This document shows positions 1 to 8,693 of a stretch of 64,000 nt of DNA, piece after piece. The translations under genes were made by a program, and so were the position numbers. Source of the DNA: an uncultured Gemmatimonadales bacterium (lineage in GTDB: Bacteria > Gemmatimonadota > Gemmatimonadetes > Gemmatimonadales > GWC2-71-9). The notes under the pieces were generated by a model. That model did no database searches. It saw only the letters and a program-made list of their open reading frames with translations, and was not told the DNA's origin. The stretch covers positions 224,001-288,000 of the forward strand of contig CAWCFX010000006.1 of assembly GCA_963795085.1 (NCBI GenBank), written 5' to 3'. The number at the start of each line of letters is the position of its first letter. The first letter of the stretch is position 1.

Positions 1-10
1 CGTTTTCGCG

Positions 11-1120
11 GTGGCGGCCTGCGGGCCGGCGGATGCCCAGGGCCCCGCTCAGCGGTCCCCGACCCCGGCCTCGACACCAGGGGTGGTTCGGGCGGAAACC
101 GTGGTGGGCAACCTGGAACACCCCTGGGCCCTCGCCTTCCTGCCCGACGGGCGGATCCTGGTGACCGAGCGCCCGGGACGCCTTCGGATCGTGGACCCCA
201 GCGGCACAGTGTCCGCCCCGGTGACCGGAGTGCCGACGGTCCATGCGGTCGGGCAGGGTGGGCTTCTGGACGTGGCGGTAGATCCGGACTTCGGCCAGAA
301 CCAGACCATCTACCTCTCGTACGCCGAGCCGGGGCCGGACGGTACCGCCGGCACCAGCGTCGCCCGGGCCCGGCTCAGCGGGACGGCACTGACGGACGTG
401 CGGGTGATCTACCAGCAGCGGCCCAAGATGCGGGGCGGCGGCCATTACGGCTCCCGGCTGGTCTTCAGCCGCGACGGCAAGCTCTTCATTACTCAGGGCG
501 ACCGGATGAACTGGCGGGACAGCGCCCAGTCCCTCACCGCGGGCATGGGCAAGATCATGCGGATCAATACCGACGGGACCATTCCCCAGGACAATCCCTT
601 CGCCGGCCGGGCCGGTGCCCAGCCCGAGATCTGGTCCTACGGCCACCGGAACCTGCAGGGCGCCGCGCTCCACCCGGAGACCGGCCAGCTCTGGACGGTC
701 GAACACGGCCCCCGCGGCGGTGACGAACTCAACCACCCCGAGGCCGGGAAGAACTACGGCTGGCCGGTGATCGGCTACGGCATCAACTACGACGGCAGCC
801 GGGCCCACGAGAGCGCCACCCGGCCGGGCATGGAACAGCCGGTCTATTACTGGGACCCGGTCATCGCCGCCTCGGGCATGGCGTTCTACACCGGCAACCG
901 GTACCCGGGCTGGGCCGGCAGCGTGTTCATCGGGTCCATGACGCCCGGGGCCCTGGTCCGGCTCGAAATGAGCAATGGCCAGGTGACCCGCGAAGAGCGG
1001 TACCTGGGCGAGGTGAACGCCCGGATCCGCGATGTGCAGCAGGGCCCCGATGGGCTGCTGTACCTGGTGACCGACGCCGATAACGGCCAGCTGCTGCGGG
1101 TCCTGCCAGCCAGCCGCTGA
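11..1120 (+). CDS. PQQ-dependent sugar (glucose/sorbosone) dehydrogenase family lipoprotein; true start probably lies before the window
   Basis: Motifs LEHPWALAFLPDG, GQGGLLD, HYGSRL, WSYGHRNLQG, EHGPRGGDELN, GKNYGWP, RIRDVQQGPDG; N-terminal AAC suggests a clipped lipoprotein signal. Confidence 0.9.
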   Translation: MAACGPADAQGPAQRSPTPASTPGVVRAETVVGNLEHPWALAFLPDGRILVTERPGRLRIVDPSGTVSAPVTGVPTVHAVGQGGLLDVAVDPDFGQNQTIYLSYAEPGPDGTAGTSVARARLSGTALTDVRVIYQQRPKMRGGGHYGSRLVFSRDGKLFITQGDRMNWRDSAQSLTAGMGKIMRINTDGTIPQDNPFAGRAGAQPEIWSYGHRNLQGAALHPETGQLWTVEHGPRGGDELNHPEAGKNYGWPVIGYGINYDGSRAHESATRPGMEQPVYYWDPVIAASGMAFYTGNRYPGWAGSVFIGSMTPGALVRLEMSNGQVTREERYLGEVNARIRDVQQGPDGLLYLVTDADNGQLLRVLPASR

Positions 1121-2010
1121 TGGCTCGCTACCGGTACTACATCTGCGACGTCTTTACCGAGACGCGCTTCGGAGGCAACCAGCTGGCGGTGCTGCCCGCC
1201 GCCAGCGGCCTCACCGACCGGCAGATGCAGCAGGTCGCCCGGGAGTTCAATTTCCCGGAGTCCACCTTCGTCTTTCCCTCCTCGACCCATACCCGCCGGG
1301 TCCGGATCTTCACACCCGCGATCGAGATGCCCTTCGCCGGCCATCCCAACATCGGGACCGCGTTCGTGTTAGCCGAGACCGGCGAACTGGGACCGGCCAC
1401 CGAGGTTGTCTTCGATGAAAAGGCCGGACCCGTCACCATCACCATCCAGCGGCGGGACGGCCGCACCTGGTGCGAACTTACCGCGCCGCAATCCCTTCAG
1501 CTTGGTGAGACGGTATCTCCCGAGCTGCTGGCGGAGGCCATCGGGCTGGCCCCCGCTGACATCGTCACCACCACCCACGAGCCCCGCGTGGCCTCGGTCG
1601 GGTTCCCGTTCCTGTTCGGCGAACTCCAGAACCGGGAGGCGCTGGCCCGGGCCCGCTCCAACCCCGTGGGGCTGGATGCCCTCGTCGCGCGCAAGATCGC
1701 CCCGGACATTCATCTCTATGTCCGGAGCGGCGACGAGTTCGATCTCCGGGCCCGGATGTTCATGCCGCTCGACGGCATCCCCGAAGACCCCGCGACCGGG
1801 AGCGCCAACTGCGCTCTCGCCGCGCTCCTGGCCACCTGCGACCCGGCGGACGCGGGAGATTTCACGTTCCGAATCGCGCAGGGAGTCGAGATGGGCCGAC
1901 CCAGCGTCCTCCACGCGCGAGCCAGCAAGCGCGCCGGCGTGGTGGCACCGCCCCGGATCGGGGGCACCTGCGTGATGGTCAGCGAAGGCACGATCGAAGT
2001 GGACGGCTGA
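1120..2010 (+). CDS. PhzF family (diaminopimelate-epimerase-like fold) protein
   Basis: DVFT..FGGNQLAV, MQQVAREFNFPESTF, EMPFAGHP, EDPATGSAN, QGVEMGRPS; overlaps upstream stop (TGATG). Confidence 0.9.
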   Translation: MARYRYYICDVFTETRFGGNQLAVLPAASGLTDRQMQQVAREFNFPESTFVFPSSTHTRRVRIFTPAIEMPFAGHPNIGTAFVLAETGELGPATEVVFDEKAGPVTITIQRRDGRTWCELTAPQSLQLGETVSPELLAEAIGLAPADIVTTTHEPRVASVGFPFLFGELQNREALARARSNPVGLDALVARKIAPDIHLYVRSGDEFDLRARMFMPLDGIPEDPATGSANCALAALLATCDPADAGDFTFRIAQGVEMGRPSVLHARASKRAGVVAPPRIGGTCVMVSEGTIEVDG

Positions 2011-2113
2011 CGGCCCGCTTCGAGCGCAAGAATCGGAGTGCCGGCCCGGGCGAAGTGCCCCAGATTGTGGCGACAGCAGGACCACCATCGGGCTTTCAGC
2101 CGGAGCTTCTCAA

Positions 2114-2653
2114 ATGAGCGCACCCCGTACCACCCCGGCCGCGGACCCAGCGACGCAGCCCGCCGCCATCCGCTACTTCGGTATCCCAACCGCCATGGCG
2201 GGCCAGGTTCGGGCGACCATGGCCGCACCGCGCTATGGCCACCCCGCCCACCGGGAGACCGCCACCGGGTACGGCCCCTGCCGACACTGCCTGCGGACCT
2301 TCGCGGTCGGCCGGGACGCCAGGATTCTCTTCACCTGGGATCCCTTTCAGGACCTGGAGGACCTTCCCCTGCCCGGTCCCGTGTTCATCCACGCGGAGCC
2401 CTGCCCGCGCTACCCCGAGGACGGTGGCTTCCCGGAGGATCTCCGCCCGCACCCGCTCACGCTCAACGCCTATGGATCTGGGCGCCGGCTGGTGAGCCAG
2501 GTACATGCCGCGGCCGGCGAGGGCGAATCTCAACTGGCTCAGCTGCTGGCCGATGACCAGATCGCCTACGTCCACGTGCGCGATACCGCCGCCGGCTGCT
2601 ACGACTTTCGGGCCGAGCGCGGGTCGACACTGCCTGACGGCGCCGCCCGATGA
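2114..2653 (+). CDS. DUF1203 domain protein
   Basis: PCRHCLR, GPVFIHAEPC, LNAY, YVHVR..AGCY pattern; GGAG upstream of ATG. Confidence 0.75.
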   Translation: MSAPRTTPAADPATQPAAIRYFGIPTAMAGQVRATMAAPRYGHPAHRETATGYGPCRHCLRTFAVGRDARILFTWDPFQDLEDLPLPGPVFIHAEPCPRYPEDGGFPEDLRPHPLTLNAYGSGRRLVSQVHAAAGEGESQLAQLLADDQIAYVHVRDTAAGCYDFRAERGSTLPDGAAR

Positions 2654-2754
2654 CGGGCCGGCCGTCGCGCGCGCGTGGCACGGGCTGCATGCCGCTTCGC
2701 CGGCCTGCCGCCTTTGGCCGCAAGAACCGGAGTGACCCCGCCGGCCCATGGTTG

Positions 2755-2760
2755 TAGAAT
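2755..2760 (+). promoter_or_regulatory. -10 box (TAGAAT) 6 nt before the ada ATG; probable leaderless transcript
   Basis: TAGAAT-gattcc-ATG with no Shine-Dalgarno in between. Confidence 0.5.
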
Positions 2761-2766
2761 GATTCC

Positions 2767-3855
2767 ATGCCTACGCCCCCTGCCCCCCCGGCGATGACCG
2801 GCCCGGATATCGAGCACGACCCCCGGTGGGCCGCTGTCCTGGCCCGGAGCACCGAGGCCGACGGGACCTTCTACTACTCCGTGGCCACGACCGGCGTGTA
2901 CTGCCGTCCCTCCTGCCCGTCCCGCAGGCCCCGCCCGGCGAACGTGCGGTTCCACGAATCGGCGGCCGCGGCCCGGGCGGCGGGCTTTCGCCCCTGCCGG
3001 CGCTGCCAACCGGACCAGCCCTCGCTCGCCGCGCGGCAAGCTGCCCTGGTCGCCCGGAGTTGCCGGACCATCGAAACGGCGGCGAGCATGCCTTCGCTGG
3101 ACACGCTGGCCCGCGAGGCCGGCTTGAGCCCGTTTCATTTTCACCGGGTCTTCAAGTCTCTCACCGGGCTCACGCCGCGCGCGTACGCGGCGGCCCACCG
3201 TGCCGGCCGGCTCCGCCGCCACCTGGAGGACAACGTGAGCATCACCACGGCGATGTACGAGGCCGGGTACGGTTCCAGCGGCCGCTTCTACGGCGAGTCC
3301 TCCCGGGTGCTCGGCATGACGCCGACCGACTACCGTGCCGGGGGCGCCGCCAGCACGATCCGGTTCGCCGTGGGTGAATGTTCGCTGGGCTCCATTTTGG
3401 TAGCGCAGAGCCAGCGCGGCGTATGCGCCATTCTCCTGGGAGATGATCCGGACGCGCTGGTAAAGAACCTCCAGGACCGCTTTCCGCAGGCCGGCCTGGT
3501 GGGCGACGACCCGGATTTTGCCCGCGTCGTATCGCAGGTGGTGGGATTCGTCGAATCGCCCCGGCTGGGGCTCGATCTACCGCTGGACGTCCGGGGCACC
3601 GCGTTCCAGGAGCGGGTGTGGCGGGCCCTGCGCGAGATCCCCAGCGGAACCACGGTCACCTACGCCGAGATCGCGGAACGGCTCGGGGCGCCCGGCGCCG
3701 TGCGGGCGGTGGCGGGGGCCTGCGCCGCCAACCCGGTTGCGGTCGCCATTCCCTGCCACCGGGTGGTGCGGAAAGATGGCGGTCTCTCGGGGTATCGCTG
3801 GGGGGTGGAACGGAAGCGACTGCTCCTGGAACGGGAGACCCGTCAGGGCGCGTAG
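2767..3855 (+). CDS. ada: Bifunctional Ada transcriptional activator / O6-methylguanine-DNA methyltransferase
   Basis: TTGVYCRPSC and GFRPCRRC zinc site, AraC HTH (LSPFHFHRVFK), C-terminal IPCHRVV active site. Confidence 0.95.
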   Translation: MPTPPAPPAMTGPDIEHDPRWAAVLARSTEADGTFYYSVATTGVYCRPSCPSRRPRPANVRFHESAAAARAAGFRPCRRCQPDQPSLAARQAALVARSCRTIETAASMPSLDTLAREAGLSPFHFHRVFKSLTGLTPRAYAAAHRAGRLRRHLEDNVSITTAMYEAGYGSSGRFYGESSRVLGMTPTDYRAGGAASTIRFAVGECSLGSILVAQSQRGVCAILLGDDPDALVKNLQDRFPQAGLVGDDPDFARVVSQVVGFVESPRLGLDLPLDVRGTAFQERVWRALREIPSGTTVTYAEIAERLGAPGAVRAVAGACAANPVAVAIPCHRVVRKDGGLSGYRWGVERKRLLLERETRQGA

Positions 3856-5792
3856 GGGTCCTCCACCCGCTTGATCACCGGGGGCCGGATCCCCGGCCCG
3901 GCGTTGGCCTCGGCCCGCACCCGCTGGCCGAGCTGCGCCGTGAAGTAGGCGAGCACGTTCTCCGGCTTGATCCGCCGGGTGGCGTGCAGCGCCTTGAGGA
4001 CGTCTTCATCCCGCCGCCCGTCAATCAGGTCCTTGATCATGTTCGCGGTGATCGCCCGGTCCAGCCCGCGGAGCTGGCGGGCCACCGCCGCGTCCAGGGA
4101 CAGGTCAGGCTGGGGCGGGAACTGTTCGACGCCGTCCCGGCCCGACATGATGGCGGGCTTGGGGAAGCGCACGAAGACCGGCTGGGTAAAGTGGGGGTGC
4201 CGGATCATCAGCTCTCCCTTGGGCATGGTGGCGAGCTTGATCTTGGTCGCCGCCGAGATGGTCGCGTAGCCCGGCGTCGCCAGTTCGTCCATGTCCATCC
4301 GGCCGTAGACGGTGGTCCCGGCGTTGCCGACCACCCGGCGCATCACCTGGGAACGGAACTGCTGCGCCGAGAAGAGCACCAGGCCGAGGTAGCGGCCCCG
4401 CTCGGACAGGTCGAGCAGCATCTTCTTGACGTAGGTATCGGGGCCGTCGGCCGGCGCGTACTTGTTCAGCTCGTCCACGAAGACTACCACGTGGTCCACG
4501 CCCAGGTCCTGCCGCTCCAGGTGTTCCCGCAGCCGGGAGACCACGCGGGCAAAGACGAGGTCCTGGGCCAGCGGGTCCAGCCCGGCGATATCGAGCACGT
4601 ACATTCCGCGGTCCTCGAACCGGCCCCAGGGCAGGTCGTTGACCCGGCCATCGTCGGTCACCAGGCCCTTGGACCGGACGCTGATGTTGGAGAGCCGGTT
4701 CCGCACCTTCCGGATCGTCGCCACGTGGTGGGTCCGCCAGACCTCGCCCCCCCGTCCCAGGGCCTCCATGTAGTCGAAGATCGACCGGAAAAAGACCTCG
4801 AGATCGGCGAAGGTCTGGACCTGGAACGGCCGGTCGCGCAGCTCCCGGTCCTCGTACTTGCGCCCCACCACCCGCTCGGCCAGGAAGTCAATAAAGGCGT
4901 CGGCCTTGGCGTCGATGTCGTCACGGTTGAGGACCACGTCGGCGTAGTCCAGCACTTCGCGGAGCCCCCAGATCAGCGGCTCGGTGTTATGGGCCAGCGC
5001 CTCGTTGGAACGCAGCGTGTTCAGGTTGGCCCCGTCCGCCTTGTAGGGCGCGTAATACCGGGCGTTGCGGAAGGGTTCCGGCTCCAGGCCCAGGCGGGCA
5101 TAGAGACGCCGGTCCTCGTCGGAGATCGGGGCCGGTTGATCGAGGAACAGCAGGTCCGGCCCTTTCACGTTGAAGCAGAGCGCCGCGATGCTGCCTTTTT
5201 TCGCGGGGAAGGTCTGGAAGATGCTGCTCAGAAAGAGTTCGACCGCGCTGGTCTTGGTCGCCAGGCCGGAGACGCCGGTGATGTTGAGATGGGCCGCCTC
5301 GGGGCCGAGCAGGAAATCGGCGTCCAGGAACACCGGCGCGTCGAGCCCCCCCGCGCGGTAGGCCCCGATCGGGATGCCGGTGCTCGACTCGGTGCCGGTG
5401 TAGCCATCCATCCGGAGCGCGGTCGCGACGTCGGTATCGTCGGCCAGGAAGACCTGGGCCAGCGGGACCGGCTGCAGCGGCTCTTCCGGCGTCTGCCGCA
5501 GCACCGCCGCCGCGAACAGCCGGATCTCGGCTCGCTCCGTCGGCTGCAGGGCGATCGCGGCGGGATCGCCGTCGGCGCCGATCACGTCGTGCATCGGGGT
5601 CAGCAGGTCGGAATAGGCGAATGCCTCGGTCACGATGCCGTGCACCACCCGGCCCGGACTTTCCACCCGCACGATAGCGCCAATCCCGATCGGCGATTCG
5701 CGGGCCGTCCAGAAATAGAACTGGTAGGGAGTGGAGGGGCGCAGTTCCGTCGCAACGACGCGGCCGGCGGGCAGGGATGGATCCTGAGGCAT
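3843..5792 (-). CDS. herA: HerA-like (FtsK/HerA family) ATPase with N-terminal HAS barrel
   Basis: HLNITGVSGLATKTS (variant Walker A), FNVKGPDLL, VFVDELNKY (Walker B), ERGRYLG..LFSAQQ; follows a NurA-like gene; start set at MPQDP. Confidence 0.75.
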   Translation of the reverse strand: MPQDPSLPAGRVVATELRPSTPYQFYFWTARESPIGIGAIVRVESPGRVVHGIVTEAFAYSDLLTPMHDVIGADGDPAAIALQPTERAEIRLFAAAVLRQTPEEPLQPVPLAQVFLADDTDVATALRMDGYTGTESSTGIPIGAYRAGGLDAPVFLDADFLLGPEAAHLNITGVSGLATKTSAVELFLSSIFQTFPAKKGSIAALCFNVKGPDLLFLDQPAPISDEDRRLYARLGLEPEPFRNARYYAPYKADGANLNTLRSNEALAHNTEPLIWGLREVLDYADVVLNRDDIDAKADAFIDFLAERVVGRKYEDRELRDRPFQVQTFADLEVFFRSIFDYMEALGRGGEVWRTHHVATIRKVRNRLSNISVRSKGLVTDDGRVNDLPWGRFEDRGMYVLDIAGLDPLAQDLVFARVVSRLREHLERQDLGVDHVVVFVDELNKYAPADGPDTYVKKMLLDLSERGRYLGLVLFSAQQFRSQVMRRVVGNAGTTVYGRMDMDELATPGYATISAATKIKLATMPKGELMIRHPHFTQPVFVRFPKPAIMSGRDGVEQFPPQPDLSLDAAVARQLRGLDRAITANMIKDLIDGRRDEDVLKALHATRRIKPENVLAYFTAQLGQRVRAEANAGPGIRPPVIKRVEDPYAP

Positions 5793-5806
5793 GGCCAATA
5801 GTAATG

Positions 5807-5887
5807 GTGAGCAGTGAGAAGTGAGAGGTAAGAGGGAGTTCCTTCTCACTGCTCACCTCTCACTTCTCAATGCTCACTGCTTCTCAG
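5807..5887. repeat. Inverted array of heptamer repeats (GTGAGVR... facing ...YYCTCAC) between nurA and herA
   Basis: gtgagca gtgagaa gtgagag gtaagag followed by ttctcac tgctcac ctctcac ttctcaa tgctcac; can fold into a hairpin. Confidence 0.8.
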
Positions 5888-6796
5888 GTATTGCTCCACA
5901 TCGTGGATCCCGTAGAGCAGCCGGTCCCACCGCGCATCGGGGGTGCTCAGCGGGGCCCGCTCGGCCAGCAGCCAGCGGCTGATCCGGTCCGCCATGGCGA
6001 TGGTCTCCGGGGCGGCGCGGGCCTCGACCCGGATCAGGCCGTGAAAGAGGTCATGGCCTTCCCAGGGCCAGAGCCGGAGCGCCCAGGAATAGACCGGCGC
6101 CACCTGGCTCTTGGTCGGCGCGAACACCGGGGAGCGGTGGCCGCAGGGAAGGCGGAGATACTGCTCCAGGTCCTGCCCTTCGAAGGGCAGGATGGAATGG
6201 CTCTTCACGATTCCCAGCGTCCGGGGGCTCGCGGCCCAGTCGGGAGATTCGGAGAGCGATCCGTCCACCACCAGCCACCCATCCTGGGGAATCTCGTACC
6301 CGGTGCTGGCGCGGCGCTCCAGCCGTCCCCGTTCCCGGTCCACGATCCGGCGGACCGCCATGAGGTCACGGATCGGGTGCACCGGCCCCTCGTCCTCCAG
6401 GGTGATCCGCTCCATGCCCTCGAGGGCATCGCCCGCCCTCACGAGCGGCACTTCCCGGCCCACCGCGAGGGAGGCCGATAGACGGGCCACCGTGTGGAGC
6501 CGGCGGTCGCGCCGTTCCCGCACCGCGGCCGCGATGGTGGCGATCACCAGGGGCGCCGCGCCGGCGTGCGCGACGATGTCATAGCGCTGGATGCCGTCGA
6601 GAAACGCGACCGGGCCGGGCCACGGCTCGGCGGCACCGGCCGGCATCGCGCGGACGGAACCGCCTTCCACCAGCCGGGCCGGCCGGATCGCGGCCTCCTC
6701 GGCGCGGCCCTGGCTTGCCTCGGGGATCCAGCTGGCCGGCGTCAGGCCGCGGGCGGCAACCGCATTCCGAATTCTGTTGAGGGATTGGACGTTCAG
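5867..6796 (-). CDS. nurA: NurA-like nuclease (RNase H fold); probable CTG start at 6796 (ORF track starts at 6670)
   Basis: AFLDGIQR, LVVDGSL, GIVKSH, YSWALRL, GLIRVE, I..VEQYL motifs; immediately upstream of herA. Confidence 0.7.
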   Translation of the reverse strand: MNVQSLNRIRNAVAARGLTPASWIPEASQGRAEEAAIRPARLVEGGSVRAMPAGAAEPWPGPVAFLDGIQRYDIVAHAGAAPLVIATIAAAVRERRDRRLHTVARLSASLAVGREVPLVRAGDALEGMERITLEDEGPVHPIRDLMAVRRIVDRERGRLERRASTGYEIPQDGWLVVDGSLSESPDWAASPRTLGIVKSHSILPFEGQDLEQYLRLPCGHRSPVFAPTKSQVAPVYSWALRLWPWEGHDLFHGLIRVEARAAPETIAMADRISRWLLAERAPLSTPDARWDRLLYGIHDVEQYLRSSEH

Positions 6797-6809
6797 CGAA
6801 AGCTCCGGT

Positions 6810-7328
6810 TCAGCCGATCTCGAAGTCCCGTTCGCCCGGGAACGGCGGCACGCTGGTGAGCCAGAACCCGGCGATCCGGCGCTTGGCGTCCACCTCGACC
6901 AGGAGCGTGTCGGCGATGCGCACCACCTCCACGTCGCGGCGGGTCCCGATCCGCAGGTGAAAGACCGACTCCCCGGCGTCGGTGGAAACCGAAAGTGTCG
7001 TATCCACCTCCAGCGAGGCGATGCCCGGCTGGGAGGCGCGGCTGGGGATGATCACCCGGCCATCCTGGTACCGGGTCGGCGGCGTCAGTCCCGGCACCGT
7101 AGAGACTTCGGGCCAGACCACGACGTCGATCCCGCGCACGATCCCGCCGGCCACGTCCACCACCGCGATGGACCCTTCATCGTCGGTCAGTTCGACGGTC
7201 CCGGTGAGCCCGCCCGCCTTGTCCTTGCCCTTGAAGGACCCGGCCAGGATATCGGTTTCGGCATCCCATTTCCAGGTGATGGACGGAAGCTTTCCGCTGA
7301 GCGGCTCGATCCGGGCATCCAGTGACAT
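6810..7328 (-). CDS. Hypothetical protein, possibly two tandem DUF2283-like halves
   Basis: Tightly packed in the operon; WDAETDIL...VDVAGGIVRGIDV and ..VEVDAKRRIAGFWL half-motifs. Confidence 0.7.
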   Translation of the reverse strand: MSLDARIEPLSGKLPSITWKWDAETDILAGSFKGKDKAGGLTGTVELTDDEGSIAVVDVAGGIVRGIDVVVWPEVSTVPGLTPPTRYQDGRVIIPSRASQPGIASLEVDTTLSVSTDAGESVFHLRIGTRRDVEVVRIADTLLVEVDAKRRIAGFWLTSVPPFPGERDFEIG

Positions 7329-7334
7329 GTGACC

Positions 7335-8547
7335 TCAGGCAGCGCGTGCCGACGAGAGATGCTTGATGTACCCGATGATGCGGTCCAGCGCCTGTTCCAG
7401 CTCCTGGTCCGACACCGAGTAGCTGAGCCGGACCCAGCGGTCGTCGCCGAAGGCGCCGCCCGGCACCAGGGCGACGCCTTCCTTCTGCATGAGGCCTTCG
7501 CAGAAAGCCTGCCCGGTGACCGGGGTTCCGGGCACGATGCCGTCCACCCGGAAGAAGAAGTAGAAGGCACCGTGCGGTTCCACGTATTCGACGCCGGGGA
7601 CCTCGCCCCGGAAGCGGGAGACCACCCGGTCCCGGCGGGCCCGAAAGGCGGCAACCATGCGCTGTACGTCCTGCTCCACCCGCTCGTCGGTGAACGCCGT
7701 CGCGGCGGCCCACTGGGCCGGGTGGTTGGCGCCGGTGGTGGTGTGCGACTGGAGCGCCGCCATCGCCTTGGTCAGGTGCGCCGGGGCCAGTGCAGCCCCG
7801 ATCCGGAGCCCGGTCATCGCGTAGGCCTTGCTGGCACCGTAAATCACCACGGCGCGTTCCAGCAGCTCGTCCGGCAGGTCGAGGAAGGAGGCCGCCGGGC
7901 CAGGGCCATAGTTGATCCTGCCGGTAGATTTCGTCGGCAATGATCCACACCTCGTGTTTCCGGGCCCACTCCGCGATGGCCCGCAGCTCGGTGAGGGTAT
8001 AGACCGCGCCGGTGGGATTGCAGGGCGAGCAGAGGATCAGGCCCCGCACCAGCCGGTCAGTGTGGCGCTCCAGGTCGGCGACGCTCACCTTGAGCCCCCA
8101 CTCGACGTCGCCCGGTACCGGCACCGGCTCCGCCCGGCAGAGATGCACGATCTGGGGATACGACACCCAGGCCGGCGAGGGGATCAGGACCTTGTCCTTG
8201 GGCCCGAACAGACAGAAGCAGGCGTTGAAGATGGATTGCTTCGACCCGGAGCTGACCACGATGTTGTCCGGATTGACGGCGCGCCCGCCGGAGAGCAGCG
8301 AAAGGTTCCGGGCGATCCCGGCGCGGAGGTCGAGGATGCCGACGTTGGGCGGATATCGGGTCATCCCCCGCTGCATCGCCTGGCTCTCGGCCTGCGCCGC
8401 CGCCTGGGGCATATCGAAATCGGGTTCGCCGACCCCGAGGTCGAGGACGTTCTCCCCCGCTGCCTTCCGCCGCTTGGCCTCGTTGCTGATCGCCACCGTT
8501 TCGGAGGCCTTGAGATAGCCGATGTTGGAGGACAGCTGGTCGGGCAT
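7335..8547 (-). pseudogene. PLP-dependent aminotransferase class I/II (aspartate aminotransferase-like), split by a +1 frameshift near 7920 (possibly a sequencing error)
   Basis: 5' frame: GEPDF, CSPCNPTGAVY, IIADEIY; 3' frame: GASKAYAMTGLRIG (PLP lysine), GAFYFF, VRLSY; removing one base gives DEIYRRINY. Confidence 0.85.
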
Positions 8548-8693
8548 GTCGGGTCCGGAGAAGGGGAAATGCGCGTTACCCGCCGTAAACTTGAGGCCCC
8601 GCCGAGCGATGTCAACTCTGGCCCCGCGTGGCTTCCGGGATTACGTTGCCGCGGCAGGAATGTCTCCGCACTTCTTTGAAAACTGAGGCTGTG

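Noticed and set aside
3618..5801. 727-aa plus-strand ORF
   Set aside because: Antisense shadow of herA; no recognisable motifs; expected from high-GC codon bias
3843..6796. HerA-based antiphage defence island
   Set aside because: The partner is NurA-like rather than Sir2 or DUF4297-like, and the context is housekeeping with no mobility genes
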